Shown here: piece after piece, positions 15,362 through 24,260 of the stretch
Layout: the number at the start of each line of letters is the position of its first letter
How positions within the stretch are numbered: the first letter of the stretch is position 1
Source of the DNA: Patescibacteria group bacterium
GTDB taxonomy: Bacteria; Patescibacteriota; Minisyncoccia; Phycocordibacterales; PALSA-1337
DNA length: 52,919 nt
Direction of reading: 5' to 3'
NCBI GenBank assembly: GCA_038064415.1
Contig: JBBTTD010000006.1
Coordinates: 1-52,919, forward strand
Program-made: the position numbers and the translations under genes
The notes under the pieces: generated by a model
Database searches by the model: none
Seen by the model: the letters and a program-made list of their open reading frames with translations, nothing else
Told to the model about the DNA's origin: nothing

Positions 15362-15634
15362 ATGACAACCGCGACAAAAAATCTACGCCCAAAAAATAAG
15401 AAAAATTTAGTTTCCGCGCGCCTAAATAATAACAAGACTGACGGTGGGGTTGACGTAATTCCAACACTAATAAAAAAATCACTACCTGTTGATGATTTAG
15501 ATCCAGTTATAACATTAGAAGAAAAGCCCGAAGAAGATCCGCTGATTGGGGCGATAGAAGAAGATGAAAATCTAGAGGAAATCAGTCTAGACCGTGAGGA
15601 ACTTAATCCATTTGGGGATAGGTGGGAAGAATAA
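15362..15634 (+). CDS. Small hypothetical protein, basic N-terminus and highly acidic C-terminus
   Basis: ATG at 15362; C-terminus ...DREELNPFGDRWEE. Confidence 0.65.
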   Translation: MTTATKNLRPKNKKNLVSARLNNNKTDGGVDVIPTLIKKSLPVDDLDPVITLEEKPEEDPLIGAIEEDENLEEISLDREELNPFGDRWEE

Positions 15635-15680
15635 TAAAAATATAGGGCATTAAAGCCTTTTTTCTGCTACTATTATCTTC

Positions 15681-18212
15681 ATGCCCCACCATAAAAAAAA
15701 GAGGCCGCGCCGTATTCGTTCTTTAATCTTGCTCATAATATCGGCGGGGTTGGTTGTTGTTGGCTTTAGTTCATTGTGGGTCGCGACACTAGAGATGCCA
15801 GATCTCAACTCTTTCCAAACCAGAAAAGTCGCTGAATCAACAAAAATATACGACCGGACGGGAGAAATTTTACTTTATGACACTGGAAAGGACGCGAAAA
15901 GAACAGCTGTTCCGCTTTCAAGCATATCTCCTTTTATTCCCAAAGCCTCAATCGCTATTGAAGACTCAAATTTTTATACTAACAGTGGTATTGAGCCAAC
16001 TTCAATTATTCGAGCAATTTTTGCAAACCTGGCCACGGGTGGATATAGACAGGGTGCGTCTACAATAACCCAACAAGTGGTAAAAAATTCTCTACTCACA
16101 ACAGACAAAACAATTACTCGCAAAATCAAAGAGTGGGTAATCGCGATAAAGCTCACAAAAATAATGAGTAAGGACCAAATATTGGAAACCTATCTCAATG
16201 ATACTTCATATGGTGGAACCATTTTTGGTGTGGAAGAAGCGAGTCGTATTTTTTTTGGTAAGTCATCAAAAGATGTCACGCTGGCGCAGGCGGCGTATTT
16301 GGCGGCCATACCTCAAGCACCAACATATTATTCACCATATGGAACACATAGAGACGCGCTCGATGCCCGCCATAAACTTGTGTTGCAAAGAATGAAAGAT
16401 CTCGGTGTTATAACAAAAAATGAATATGACTCCGCAATAGCGGAAAAGGTGCAGTTTTTATCAAAAAATGATTCAAACATCCGCGCGCCTCATTTTGTAA
16501 TGTTTGTAAAAGATTATATAACCCAAAAATATGGCGAGGATGTGATCAATAACGACGGCCTTAGGGTCATAACAACACTAGATTTTGGTATGCAACAAAA
16601 GGCCGAGGAGGTCATTGATAAGTTCTCGCCTTCATTACAATCAAATTTTAACGCCAGTAACACGGCAATGGTTGCGATAGATCCAAAAACTGGAGATATT
16701 CTAACAATGATTGGGTCTAAAGATTATTTTGACCCAAGTATTGATGGCAACTTCAATATTGCGCTTGCAAAAAGACAACCAGGATCAACTTTTAAACCTT
16801 TCGTCTATGCGACGGCATTTAAAGAAGGTTATACGCCAGAAACAATATTATTTGACACGGAAACAGAATTTTCAACACAATGTACAGTTGAAGGTAAGCC
16901 CAAAAACCCATCAGATGACCCAGTAAAGGTGTGCTATTCGCCAGATGAATTTGATGATGTTTTTATGGGCCCACTAACAATCCGTAAGGCCCTATCACAA
17001 TCTAGAAACATACCGGCAGTAAAAGCTTTATATTTAGCTGGAATTCCAGATTCAATACAAACAGCTGAAGATATGGGCATTACCGGTTTAACTGACCCAA
17101 ATAGATACGGACTAACCCTTGTCCTTGGTGGTGGTGAGGTGTCTTTGTTAGATTTAACCAGTGCTTATGGTGTATTCGCCAACGATGGGTTGCGCAACCC
17201 TTATCGTTCAATTTTGGGGGTTGAGGATAGTAAGGGCGTGATTCTTGAGAGTGTCAGCGCAACAACAATTCCCACTCAAGTTATCGCTCCAGAAATATCT
17301 AGACAAATATCTGACATCCTATCAGACACAAGTATTAGAATGGAAAGTTTAAAACCAATCGGTGAAAGTGTCGGCAGAAAAGTTGCCATCAAAACTGGTA
17401 CCACAAATGACTATCGTGATGTTTGGACGGTTGGATACACGCCAAATCTTGTTGTTGGTGCTTGGGCCGGAAACAATGATAACCATCCAATGCAACACAA
17501 TGTTGCTGGTTTAATAATCACGCCGTTGTGGGGCGCATTCATGTCACAAGTCGCACAAAATTTTCCTCCAGAAGACTTCCAGTCGCCCCCACCACCACTA
17601 TCTGATAATAAACCGGTTTTGCGTGGGGTGTGGCAAGGGGGAGCATCTTATTGGAAAGATAGTATTTCAGGAAAAGTCGCGACCGAATATACCCCGCCGG
17701 AAACCAAAAAAGAGGTTGTTTTCAATAGCGTCCACACAATTCTTAATTGGATAAATAAGGACGATCCACGGGGACCAGTTTCGGTAAACCCACAAAATGA
17801 TTCGCAGTATGCATATTGGGAATATGGGGTAAGAAAGTGGTTTGATACCTACAAACAAAGTCATCTAGATTTTAGTGAGGTAACTAGTACATCTATACCA
17901 ACAGCAATAGATGACGTCCACGTTCCGGGTAAATTACCGTCTGTTTCGTTCCTCTCACCACAACAAGGGTCGAGTATTGATTCGGGTGGATCGTTATCAA
18001 TCAAACTTAGGTCTATTGGCGCCTATCCACCACAAAAAACGGAGGTATATTTGAACGGAAAGTATGTTATGACTTCAGAAAAAGATCCCTTAAATATTTC
18101 ATTCTTCCCTTCGGATGTTGGTGGTCTGTCCGAAAACAACACCTTGTCGGTCACTATGTATGATAGTGTGTTCAACCGAGCATTAGCAACGACAACATTC
18201 TCAATTAAATAA
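15681..18212 (+). CDS. Class A penicillin-binding protein (transglycosylase/transpeptidase, PBP1A-like)
   Basis: IEDSNF, QGASTITQQVVKN, GSTFKPF (SxxK), SRN (SxN), KTGT motifs; N-terminal TM segment. Confidence 0.93.
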   Translation: MPHHKKKRPRRIRSLILLIISAGLVVVGFSSLWVATLEMPDLNSFQTRKVAESTKIYDRTGEILLYDTGKDAKRTAVPLSSISPFIPKASIAIEDSNFYTNSGIEPTSIIRAIFANLATGGYRQGASTITQQVVKNSLLTTDKTITRKIKEWVIAIKLTKIMSKDQILETYLNDTSYGGTIFGVEEASRIFFGKSSKDVTLAQAAYLAAIPQAPTYYSPYGTHRDALDARHKLVLQRMKDLGVITKNEYDSAIAEKVQFLSKNDSNIRAPHFVMFVKDYITQKYGEDVINNDGLRVITTLDFGMQQKAEEVIDKFSPSLQSNFNASNTAMVAIDPKTGDILTMIGSKDYFDPSIDGNFNIALAKRQPGSTFKPFVYATAFKEGYTPETILFDTETEFSTQCTVEGKPKNPSDDPVKVCYSPDEFDDVFMGPLTIRKALSQSRNIPAVKALYLAGIPDSIQTAEDMGITGLTDPNRYGLTLVLGGGEVSLLDLTSAYGVFANDGLRNPYRSILGVEDSKGVILESVSATTIPTQVIAPEISRQISDILSDTSIRMESLKPIGESVGRKVAIKTGTTNDYRDVWTVGYTPNLVVGAWAGNNDNHPMQHNVAGLIITPLWGAFMSQVAQNFPPEDFQSPPPPLSDNKPVLRGVWQGGASYWKDSISGKVATEYTPPETKKEVVFNSVHTILNWINKDDPRGPVSVNPQNDSQYAYWEYGVRKWFDTYKQSHLDFSEVTSTSIPTAIDDVHVPGKLPSVSFLSPQQGSSIDSGGSLSIKLRSIGAYPPQKTEVYLNGKYVMTSEKDPLNISFFPSDVGGLSENNTLSVTMYDSVFNRALATTTFSIK

Positions 18213-18226
18213 GCAGGTGTGCGTCC

Positions 18227-18487
18227 CTATCTGATGTCATTAATTTTCTTGATATCTTGAGTTAAATTAAACTCTTGAATTATTTGTTGTTTTTTGATAA
18301 AAATTTGAGATTTTTGGGATTGATTTATACTATTTAAAACCGCGGAATATTCCTTAAATGCAATTGATTCTACTGGTAAATCAATGTTTGTGTGGTTTTT
18401 TATGGCAACCTGAAGTGTTGATCTAACAAAAATCTCTTTCGCCTGTCTTTTTTGTATTTTCTTAAAAAACTCCGAAATTTTTAACAT
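18227..18487 (-). CDS. Small hypothetical protein immediately downstream of dnaN; possible remote DciA/DUF721 homolog
   Basis: ATG 6 nt after the dnaN stop; C-terminal pattern resembles DUF721 by eye. Confidence 0.6.
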   Translation of the reverse strand: MLKISEFFKKIQKRQAKEIFVRSTLQVAIKNHTNIDLPVESIAFKEYSAVLNSINQSQKSQIFIKKQQIIQEFNLTQDIKKINDIR

Positions 18488-18493
18488 TATTTT

Positions 18494-19600
18494 CTACCTA
18501 TTCATTGGCATAACTAAATACAAAAATGTTTGGTCCCCAGACACTGGGCGAATCACGACCGGCTTATTTAGGCCGTTAAATTGAAACGAAACACTATCTG
18601 AGTCTATTGATTGAAAACCATCCGAAAGATATTTATAATTGAAGTTTATTTCCATGCGATCGCCCGTTATTGCGGAGTCTACTGATGTTTGATTTTCCCC
18701 GACATCACTATTTTTTGTATGTATGTCAAAAATTTTGGCTTTTGGATCAATTGTTAGATGAACTTGGTTGAACTTGTCAGAAAAAATGTTTGAAATTTTT
18801 AGCGAGTCTAAAACATCTTGTTTCAACGCCACTGCTTCTGTTGTGAATGACTTTGGAATAATTTGACGATAATCAGGGAAGACGCCGTCAATAATTCTAG
18901 ATACGATGTAGGTTCCGTTATTTTCAAAAGAAATCAGGTTCTTACTTACTTTCACTTCCACGGTTGACTCAAAACTGCTCAAAATCCTTATAATATCTTG
19001 TGTATTTTTAAATGGAATTAAAATATCGTTAATTTTGGTAGTGTTTGATGTTTTTACCTTTTTTTCCGCCAACCTAAATGAGTCTGTGGCGACAAAAGTC
19101 AAATAGTTGTTATCTTTGTAAACATAAACACTTGAAAGTTCTGGCTTTACGCTAGAAACTGAAGCACTATAAGAAACCGAGTTAAGTCCATCAATAAAAT
19201 CTTTTGGTGAAAAACTATATTCTTGACCACCTTGAACTTTTGGAATGCTTGGAAAATCTTCTGGTGCCAGCGTTTTTATAACACCCCTAGATTTATCTGT
19301 TTTAATGTGGGCGTTTCCTGAAATAACCTCAATAGTTATTGTTTGGTTTGGGTTGGTTATTTGTGATAAAAATGAAGAAATGGTGTGAGCTGGAATCGCG
19401 ATCACGCCCTCCGTTGTTGATTTTAGTGGCACAGACACCTCTACTCCAACATCAAGGTTGGTTGCCTTAAAAACCGCGGTATTTTTACTTACCTCAATCA
19501 AAATACAAGAAAGAACTGGTAAAGTTTGGTGTTTACTGGCAACTTTATCAATAAGACTAATCGCGTTTTTTATTTTTTTATAACTAATTTCAAGTTTCAT
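18494..19600 (-). CDS. dnaN: DNA polymerase III beta sliding clamp
   Basis: ATNLD.GV, FVATDSFRLAE, G.FPDY..IIP, FN.KYL, YLVMPM; follows dnaA. Confidence 0.97.
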   Translation of the reverse strand: MKLEISYKKIKNAISLIDKVASKHQTLPVLSCILIEVSKNTAVFKATNLDVGVEVSVPLKSTTEGVIAIPAHTISSFLSQITNPNQTITIEVISGNAHIKTDKSRGVIKTLAPEDFPSIPKVQGGQEYSFSPKDFIDGLNSVSYSASVSSVKPELSSVYVYKDNNYLTFVATDSFRLAEKKVKTSNTTKINDILIPFKNTQDIIRILSSFESTVEVKVSKNLISFENNGTYIVSRIIDGVFPDYRQIIPKSFTTEAVALKQDVLDSLKISNIFSDKFNQVHLTIDPKAKIFDIHTKNSDVGENQTSVDSAITGDRMEINFNYKYLSDGFQSIDSDSVSFQFNGLNKPVVIRPVSGDQTFLYLVMPMNR

Positions 19601-19825
19601 AATATTTTTTTATTTATAAAATAAAATCATTGTTATTATAGTTGTGGATATGTTGACATCTTTTTGTGTGGCTCTGTGCGTTGTTTGAATGGTTTTTTAT
19701 TATTAACAACATCACCAACATTTTTCCTATTTTAATAAGCGTATTTTAAATGGGGATTACTTACCTATTTATTAACAACCCAAACTACCACCACCCACAA
19801 CATTTCCACAAGTTTATTAACACAA
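19601..19825. promoter_or_regulatory. Candidate oriC, dnaA-dnaN intergenic part
   Basis: DnaA-box-like TGTGGATAT (19643-51), TTATTAACA x3, ATTTCCACA; AT-rich tract and trio-like NAN repeats next to the box. Confidence 0.65.
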
Positions 19826-21172
19826 TTACAGCATCGTTCTAACTTGAGTTATCTCTTGTAATAACAACTGATCGGTTTTTATCTCCTCACGAACCTTCTC
19901 ATAAGAATGGATCACGGTCGTGTGGTCTCTGCCGCCCAGTTTCTCACCAATAGACGGAAAAGAAATACTAAAATCCTCACGAAGAATATACATTACCACC
20001 TGTCTGGGCCTCACAACCTCTTTTTTGCGAGTTTTGTTGTATATACTATCCTCGCTAACACTATAGAATTCAGAAACAATTCTAACAACATCTTTAACAG
20101 AAATCATTTTCTTCGGTTTTACATTGTTTTTTAGGATGCCCCTCACTTCATTTAAGCTTAGCTCCCTGTTTTTCAGTTGGGTTTGGCAAGCAATGACATT
20201 AACTATACCCTCTATTTCACGGATATTATCTTCTATTGATGAGGCAATATGTTCAACAACCTCGCTGGAGAGGGTGATGTTATGTGTTCCACACTTGCTT
20301 CTTACTATCATTGCGCGTGATTCTTGGTCTGGCTCTGGTATATCAACAATCATCCCCATACCAAACCTCCCCTTTAGACGGTCTTCTAGGCCAGGGATTG
20401 CGTTTGGGTGTTTATCCCCAGAAAACACCAACTGTCTAGATGTGTCGTAAAAAGTGTTAAAAAAATGGAACAATTCTTCCTGGAACTTTTCTTTACTAGC
20501 AAAAAACTGGACATCATCCATTATGATTACATCATATTTTCTATATTTGTCTTTAAATAATTGAACCTTACCCTCTTGGATGGCAGAAAACAATTCCGAT
20601 CCAAACCTCTCCGATGTTAAATAGAAAACTTTTTTGTTTGGATGAAGCTTTTTTATTTGATTTCCTACCGCCTGAATAATGTGTGTTTTTCCACGACCAG
20701 TTTGTCCATAAATGAAAAGCGGGTTGTATGCTTGTCCAGGACTCTTCACCACCATTTGTGACGCGGCGTTAGCAAGCTCGTTGAATGGCCCGACAACCAA
20801 GTTTTCAAAAGTATATCTCGGATTTAGGTTGTCGTCTTTATTTATATAAAAATCTTGAAGTGGCATGGCAATTGTTGGAGCCTGAATTTGGCTTCTCCTC
20901 ATACCCACCACATCCTCAACGCTGTCTTTTAGTATTACATATTCAAGCGCCCTAACCCCCTCATTCATCTGTCTCAAAATACGAAGAATTGAGTTATGAA
21001 ACTTCTTTTGAAGCCACTCATGGGTGAATGAATTTGGTACTCCAAGATATATGACACCATCGTCTTCACGGAGAATACGGATGTCTTTGAACCAAGTTGA
21101 AAAGTTTGCTTGCGATACGGCCGTTTCTATCTCTATTAGGGCGGTTTGCCACATTTTACTGTAGTCATTCAT
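19826..21172 (-). CDS. dnaA: Chromosomal replication initiator DnaA
   Basis: NPRYTFENLVVG, YNPLFIYGQTGRGKTH, DDVQF, RELEG-like REIEG, RDHTTVIH. Confidence 0.98.
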   Translation of the reverse strand: MNDYSKMWQTALIEIETAVSQANFSTWFKDIRILREDDGVIYLGVPNSFTHEWLQKKFHNSILRILRQMNEGVRALEYVILKDSVEDVVGMRRSQIQAPTIAMPLQDFYINKDDNLNPRYTFENLVVGPFNELANAASQMVVKSPGQAYNPLFIYGQTGRGKTHIIQAVGNQIKKLHPNKKVFYLTSERFGSELFSAIQEGKVQLFKDKYRKYDVIIMDDVQFFASKEKFQEELFHFFNTFYDTSRQLVFSGDKHPNAIPGLEDRLKGRFGMGMIVDIPEPDQESRAMIVRSKCGTHNITLSSEVVEHIASSIEDNIREIEGIVNVIACQTQLKNRELSLNEVRGILKNNVKPKKMISVKDVVRIVSEFYSVSEDSIYNKTRKKEVVRPRQVVMYILREDFSISFPSIGEKLGGRDHTTVIHSYEKVREEIKTDQLLLQEITQVRTML

Positions 21173-21219
21173 AGGATTTGGTAGCTATAAGTATATACCT
21201 GTTTATAATTTTGCAAACT

Positions 21220-21258
21220 TGTGGAGAACAAAAAAATATGTTGATAAGTTGTGGATAG
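21220..21258. promoter_or_regulatory. Three co-oriented DnaA-box-like 9-mers upstream of dnaA
   Basis: TGTGGAGAA (21220), TGTTGATAA (21239), TGTGGATAG (21250); each 8/9 to TGTGGATAA. Confidence 0.65.
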
Positions 21259-21418
21259 TAAATAAAGTGATAAAGAGTTTGGTGAATATATATTTTATAC
21301 AAATTGCGTTATGTCCCCAACAAAACCTAGACGATGGGGCAACATAATTTGTATAAAATATATATTCACCAAACTCTAAAACTTGATTTATTAAAATATT
21401 TAAGCTATTGTTTGTGTC

Positions 21419-21553
21419 ATGTCATTTACATACAAACCAAAAAAAAGAAAGCGTGCAAAAACCCACGGATTTCGGGTGCGCATGAAGACAACCCCAGGAC
21501 GCAAGGCCGTGGCCCGTCGCCGTGCCAAAGGACGAAGGCGCATTAGTATATAA
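21419..21553 (+). CDS. rpmH: 50S ribosomal protein L34
   Basis: Hand translation [44 protein letters not shown] (44 aa); canonical position divergent from dnaA. Missed by the ORF track. Confidence 0.95.
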   Translation: MSFTYKPKKRKRAKTHGFRVRMKTTPGRKAVARRRAKGRRRISI

Positions 21554-21554
21554 C

Positions 21555-21890
21555 ATGCTACCTCAATCAAGTAGAATTACCCTAAAACAGTTTAACTTAG
21601 TTATGGAAAAAGGGAATATTTTTCACTCCCCCCTTTTTTGGGTTCGTGTTCTAAAAAACCAACAAGAAACAAGGATTGCTTCCGTTGCTCCGCAAAAAGT
21701 CGTCAAGTTGACTGTTTTTAGAAACAAAATACGCCGAAAAACGTATGAAGCATTAAGACAGATAAAAGAATCAATCTCAAACGGGAATTATATTGTGGTT
21801 TTCGCCAAAGTTAATCTTTGCAAACACAGTCAGAAAGATATTTTAAATGATCTAAAAACCCTTTTTGTAAAAGCTGGTGTTTTAGGGTAA
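21555..21890 (+). CDS. rnpA: Ribonuclease P protein component
   Basis: MLP...R start, RNKIRR motif, position between rpmH and yidC. Confidence 0.85.
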   Translation: MLPQSSRITLKQFNLVMEKGNIFHSPLFWVRVLKNQQETRIASVAPQKVVKLTVFRNKIRRKTYEALRQIKESISNGNYIVVFAKVNLCKHSQKDILNDLKTLFVKAGVLG

Positions 21891-21946
21891 CATGGATTCT
21901 ACTAGTTCCTCTTAGACCTTAAGACACCCAACTTTTGATTTAATTT

Positions 21947-22696
21947 ATGTATCACGAATATATATTTCGCCCTCTCTACAATGGCCTCGTTGGTATTATG
22001 GATATTATTCCATGGGTTGATGTTGGTGTTGCTGTCGTTATTTTTACCATTATTGTCAAACTTATCCTATTTCCCCTATCAAAAGCGTCACTGTTGACCC
22101 AAGTTCGCATGAAGGAAATTGAGCCGGAGGCAAACAAAATTAAAGCCCAATACGCGTCCAATAAACAAACACAGGCCCTGAAAATCATGGAGCTTTACAA
22201 AGAGAAGAGAATCAAACCATTTTCTGGTGTTTTACTTCTTTTTATTCAACTTCCCATCCTTTTCGCTCTTATTTCGGTGTTTTATAAAATTATTCCAACC
22301 ATTGATGTCGCCCAACTTTATAGTTTTATAGCTGTTCCCAACAACCCATCTTTTCATTTTCTTGGACTTATTGATTTGAGTCAAAAAAGTTTTATTCTCT
22401 CACTAGCGACGGCAGTAATTCAATTTTTGCAAATGCATTTTTCACCAGCCATGCGCCAACAAAAACTCGCCAGCAACCAACCCCAAACAAACCCAGCCGA
22501 CTTTGCTTCACAACTATCTGGCTCCATGACAAAACAAATGATGTACTTACTGCCCATACTTGCTTTTGCCTCAACATATTGGATTATTCCAGCAACGTTT
22601 CCTCAGGCGGCGTCAATCATAGCTATTTATTGGTCAGTTAGTACTTTATTTACATTAGTGCAAGAGCTTTATATTAGAAAGAGACACTTAAAGTAA
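21947..22696 (+). CDS. yidC: YidC/Oxa1 membrane protein insertase (short form)
   Basis: FT..VKLIL.PL, LYKE..IKPF.G.L...IQLPI, IYW..S..F...QE motifs. Confidence 0.92.
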   Translation: MYHEYIFRPLYNGLVGIMDIIPWVDVGVAVVIFTIIVKLILFPLSKASLLTQVRMKEIEPEANKIKAQYASNKQTQALKIMELYKEKRIKPFSGVLLLFIQLPILFALISVFYKIIPTIDVAQLYSFIAVPNNPSFHFLGLIDLSQKSFILSLATAVIQFLQMHFSPAMRQQKLASNQPQTNPADFASQLSGSMTKQMMYLLPILAFASTYWIIPATFPQAASIIAIYWSVSTLFTLVQELYIRKRHLK

Positions 22697-22813
22697 CAAG
22701 AAACATGTGTAGTTCGGATACGTTGCGGAGCGCGACGGCGCGAGCATAGGAATTTTTCAGCAGAAAAATATCCGTGTATCCGAACTACACATGTTTCTTG
22801 TTACTTTAAGTGT
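22684..22813 (+). repeat. Palindromic element B: perfect 38-bp inverted arms around a CGGAG/CGAG/CGT core, between convergent genes
   Basis: 22684-22721 is the exact reverse complement of 22776-22813; the left arm includes the yidC stop codon. Confidence 0.9.
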
Positions 22814-24258
22814 TAGTTGTTAGCAACCAAATCCAAAGACCACAAAGAGAGGTCATTTTTGTTCATAAATATCAGAAAATCATCTTTTTCATCAAGACCA
22901 AGGTTAAATGCGTCAATTACACGATCTGAAGTGTCTACAATTGACGAAACCAACTTAATTTCTCCTGTGGTTGCGTTGACTTGCCAGATTTTATCAACAG
23001 TTGAAAGTGTTCCTTTATACCAATCATCCGGATAAGCTCCTTTTATTGGTTGTGATGGTACGGCGCAATACACCATTTCTTTGTAGAAGTTGCCCCAAAT
23101 ACACTTATCCGCCAATGTTCTTATAATTGCGTCAGTTCCCTTTTTGTCTTTTACATTATACACACTAGCGACAACATTTTCCGCGTTTCCCGTGGCTGAA
23201 ATTAAGACATATTTTGCATCTGTACTAACTTTTGTGCCCAAACCAGGAAGTGGACCAATAATTTTCTTCCAGATGCCGGTCTTTGGATCAACAAAATACA
23301 AATAACCACTCTCACCAGAATTTCCTTTGGTGGTAACTGCAATAGTATTATCCTCTGGCCAATCAACATTGACCTGTGTTAGTGGAGTTGTGAATATTTG
23401 AGTGACTAGTTTCCCATCAAAAGTTGCAGTGTAACCAACGCCTACCCCACTCTCATTTGTGAACATAAATACCCTATCTTTTTTTGGTGAGACAGCATAA
23501 CCAACAAGGTTTTGTGGCAGATTTTTACCTTTAAGTTCAAACGGAGTAAGTGATATTGGCGTGTTTGTTGTAATTGCTCCAATTTGGACCGTACTTGAAG
23601 CGCTGACAGTACTCGTGGCAACCTTTGGAATTATTCTAGCTTTTAATTCCGCATATATTCCTTCCATAGAATTATTTTCATCAGAAAAAGCCGAAGCCAG
23701 AAATGCCGTCAGATTTTTATTCCAACTACTCTCATATATTTTAGGGACAACTGTATTTGAGATTGTTGTTATGTCTAAGTTATCTCCACGCGCCTCGTAA
23801 ACATTACCTCTTCCCCTATCAACCCACCTAATTACAGTCACACTTTTCATTTTTGGCGGAACGGACCTTGTTGGGGTCTTGGGCTTTGTGCTAGTTGCAG
23901 TTGTTGTGGCGCTCGAAAGGCCAGAACTAGTGATTGGATCAATTATAGCGACCATTGTTGTACTTGCCCCATACCCCCCAACAGGCGTGTCACTCAAAAG
24001 TCGTAGTGTTGGGATTTTTATTTGATTGTTCTGTATTGTTGAAGTTGCAACATCTCCATTGTTGTTTGTATCACTTCCAGCCCCACCCCCACTATTACTT
24101 GGTGTCCTGCCAAATGGGGTGAAGCCGCCCGGCTGGCTGTCTGTTGAGGTTTCTATGGTAGTTGACGGGGCGCGCACGAAAAAGTACCAGTAGGATAAGC
24201 TAATGATTATAAGGATAAAGATAAAGGCGGAGGTTATTTTTAAGGAACTGTTTTTCAT
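22813..24258 (-). CDS. Membrane-anchored hypothetical protein with Thr/Ser-rich linker and beta-rich extracellular domain
   Basis: N-terminal TM segment, T/S/P-rich stretch, beta-strand-like repeats; last gene of the T4SS-like operon. Confidence 0.7.
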   Translation of the reverse strand: MKNSSLKITSAFIFILIIISLSYWYFFVRAPSTTIETSTDSQPGGFTPFGRTPSNSGGGAGSDTNNNGDVATSTIQNNQIKIPTLRLLSDTPVGGYGASTTMVAIIDPITSSGLSSATTTATSTKPKTPTRSVPPKMKSVTVIRWVDRGRGNVYEARGDNLDITTISNTVVPKIYESSWNKNLTAFLASAFSDENNSMEGIYAELKARIIPKVATSTVSASSTVQIGAITTNTPISLTPFELKGKNLPQNLVGYAVSPKKDRVFMFTNESGVGVGYTATFDGKLVTQIFTTPLTQVNVDWPEDNTIAVTTKGNSGESGYLYFVDPKTGIWKKIIGPLPGLGTKVSTDAKYVLISATGNAENVVASVYNVKDKKGTDAIIRTLADKCIWGNFYKEMVYCAVPSQPIKGAYPDDWYKGTLSTVDKIWQVNATTGEIKLVSSIVDTSDRVIDAFNLGLDEKDDFLIFMNKNDLSLWSLDLVANN

Positions 24259-24260
24259 GA

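Noticed and set aside
21334-21546. 70-aa ORF in the track upstream of rnpA
   Set aside because: Wrong frame; the real gene here is the 44-aa rpmH at 21419-21553.
21891-21946. yidD between rnpA and yidC
   Set aside because: The gap is only 56 nt with a 7-codon ORF and no YidD Cys motifs; the gene is absent here.
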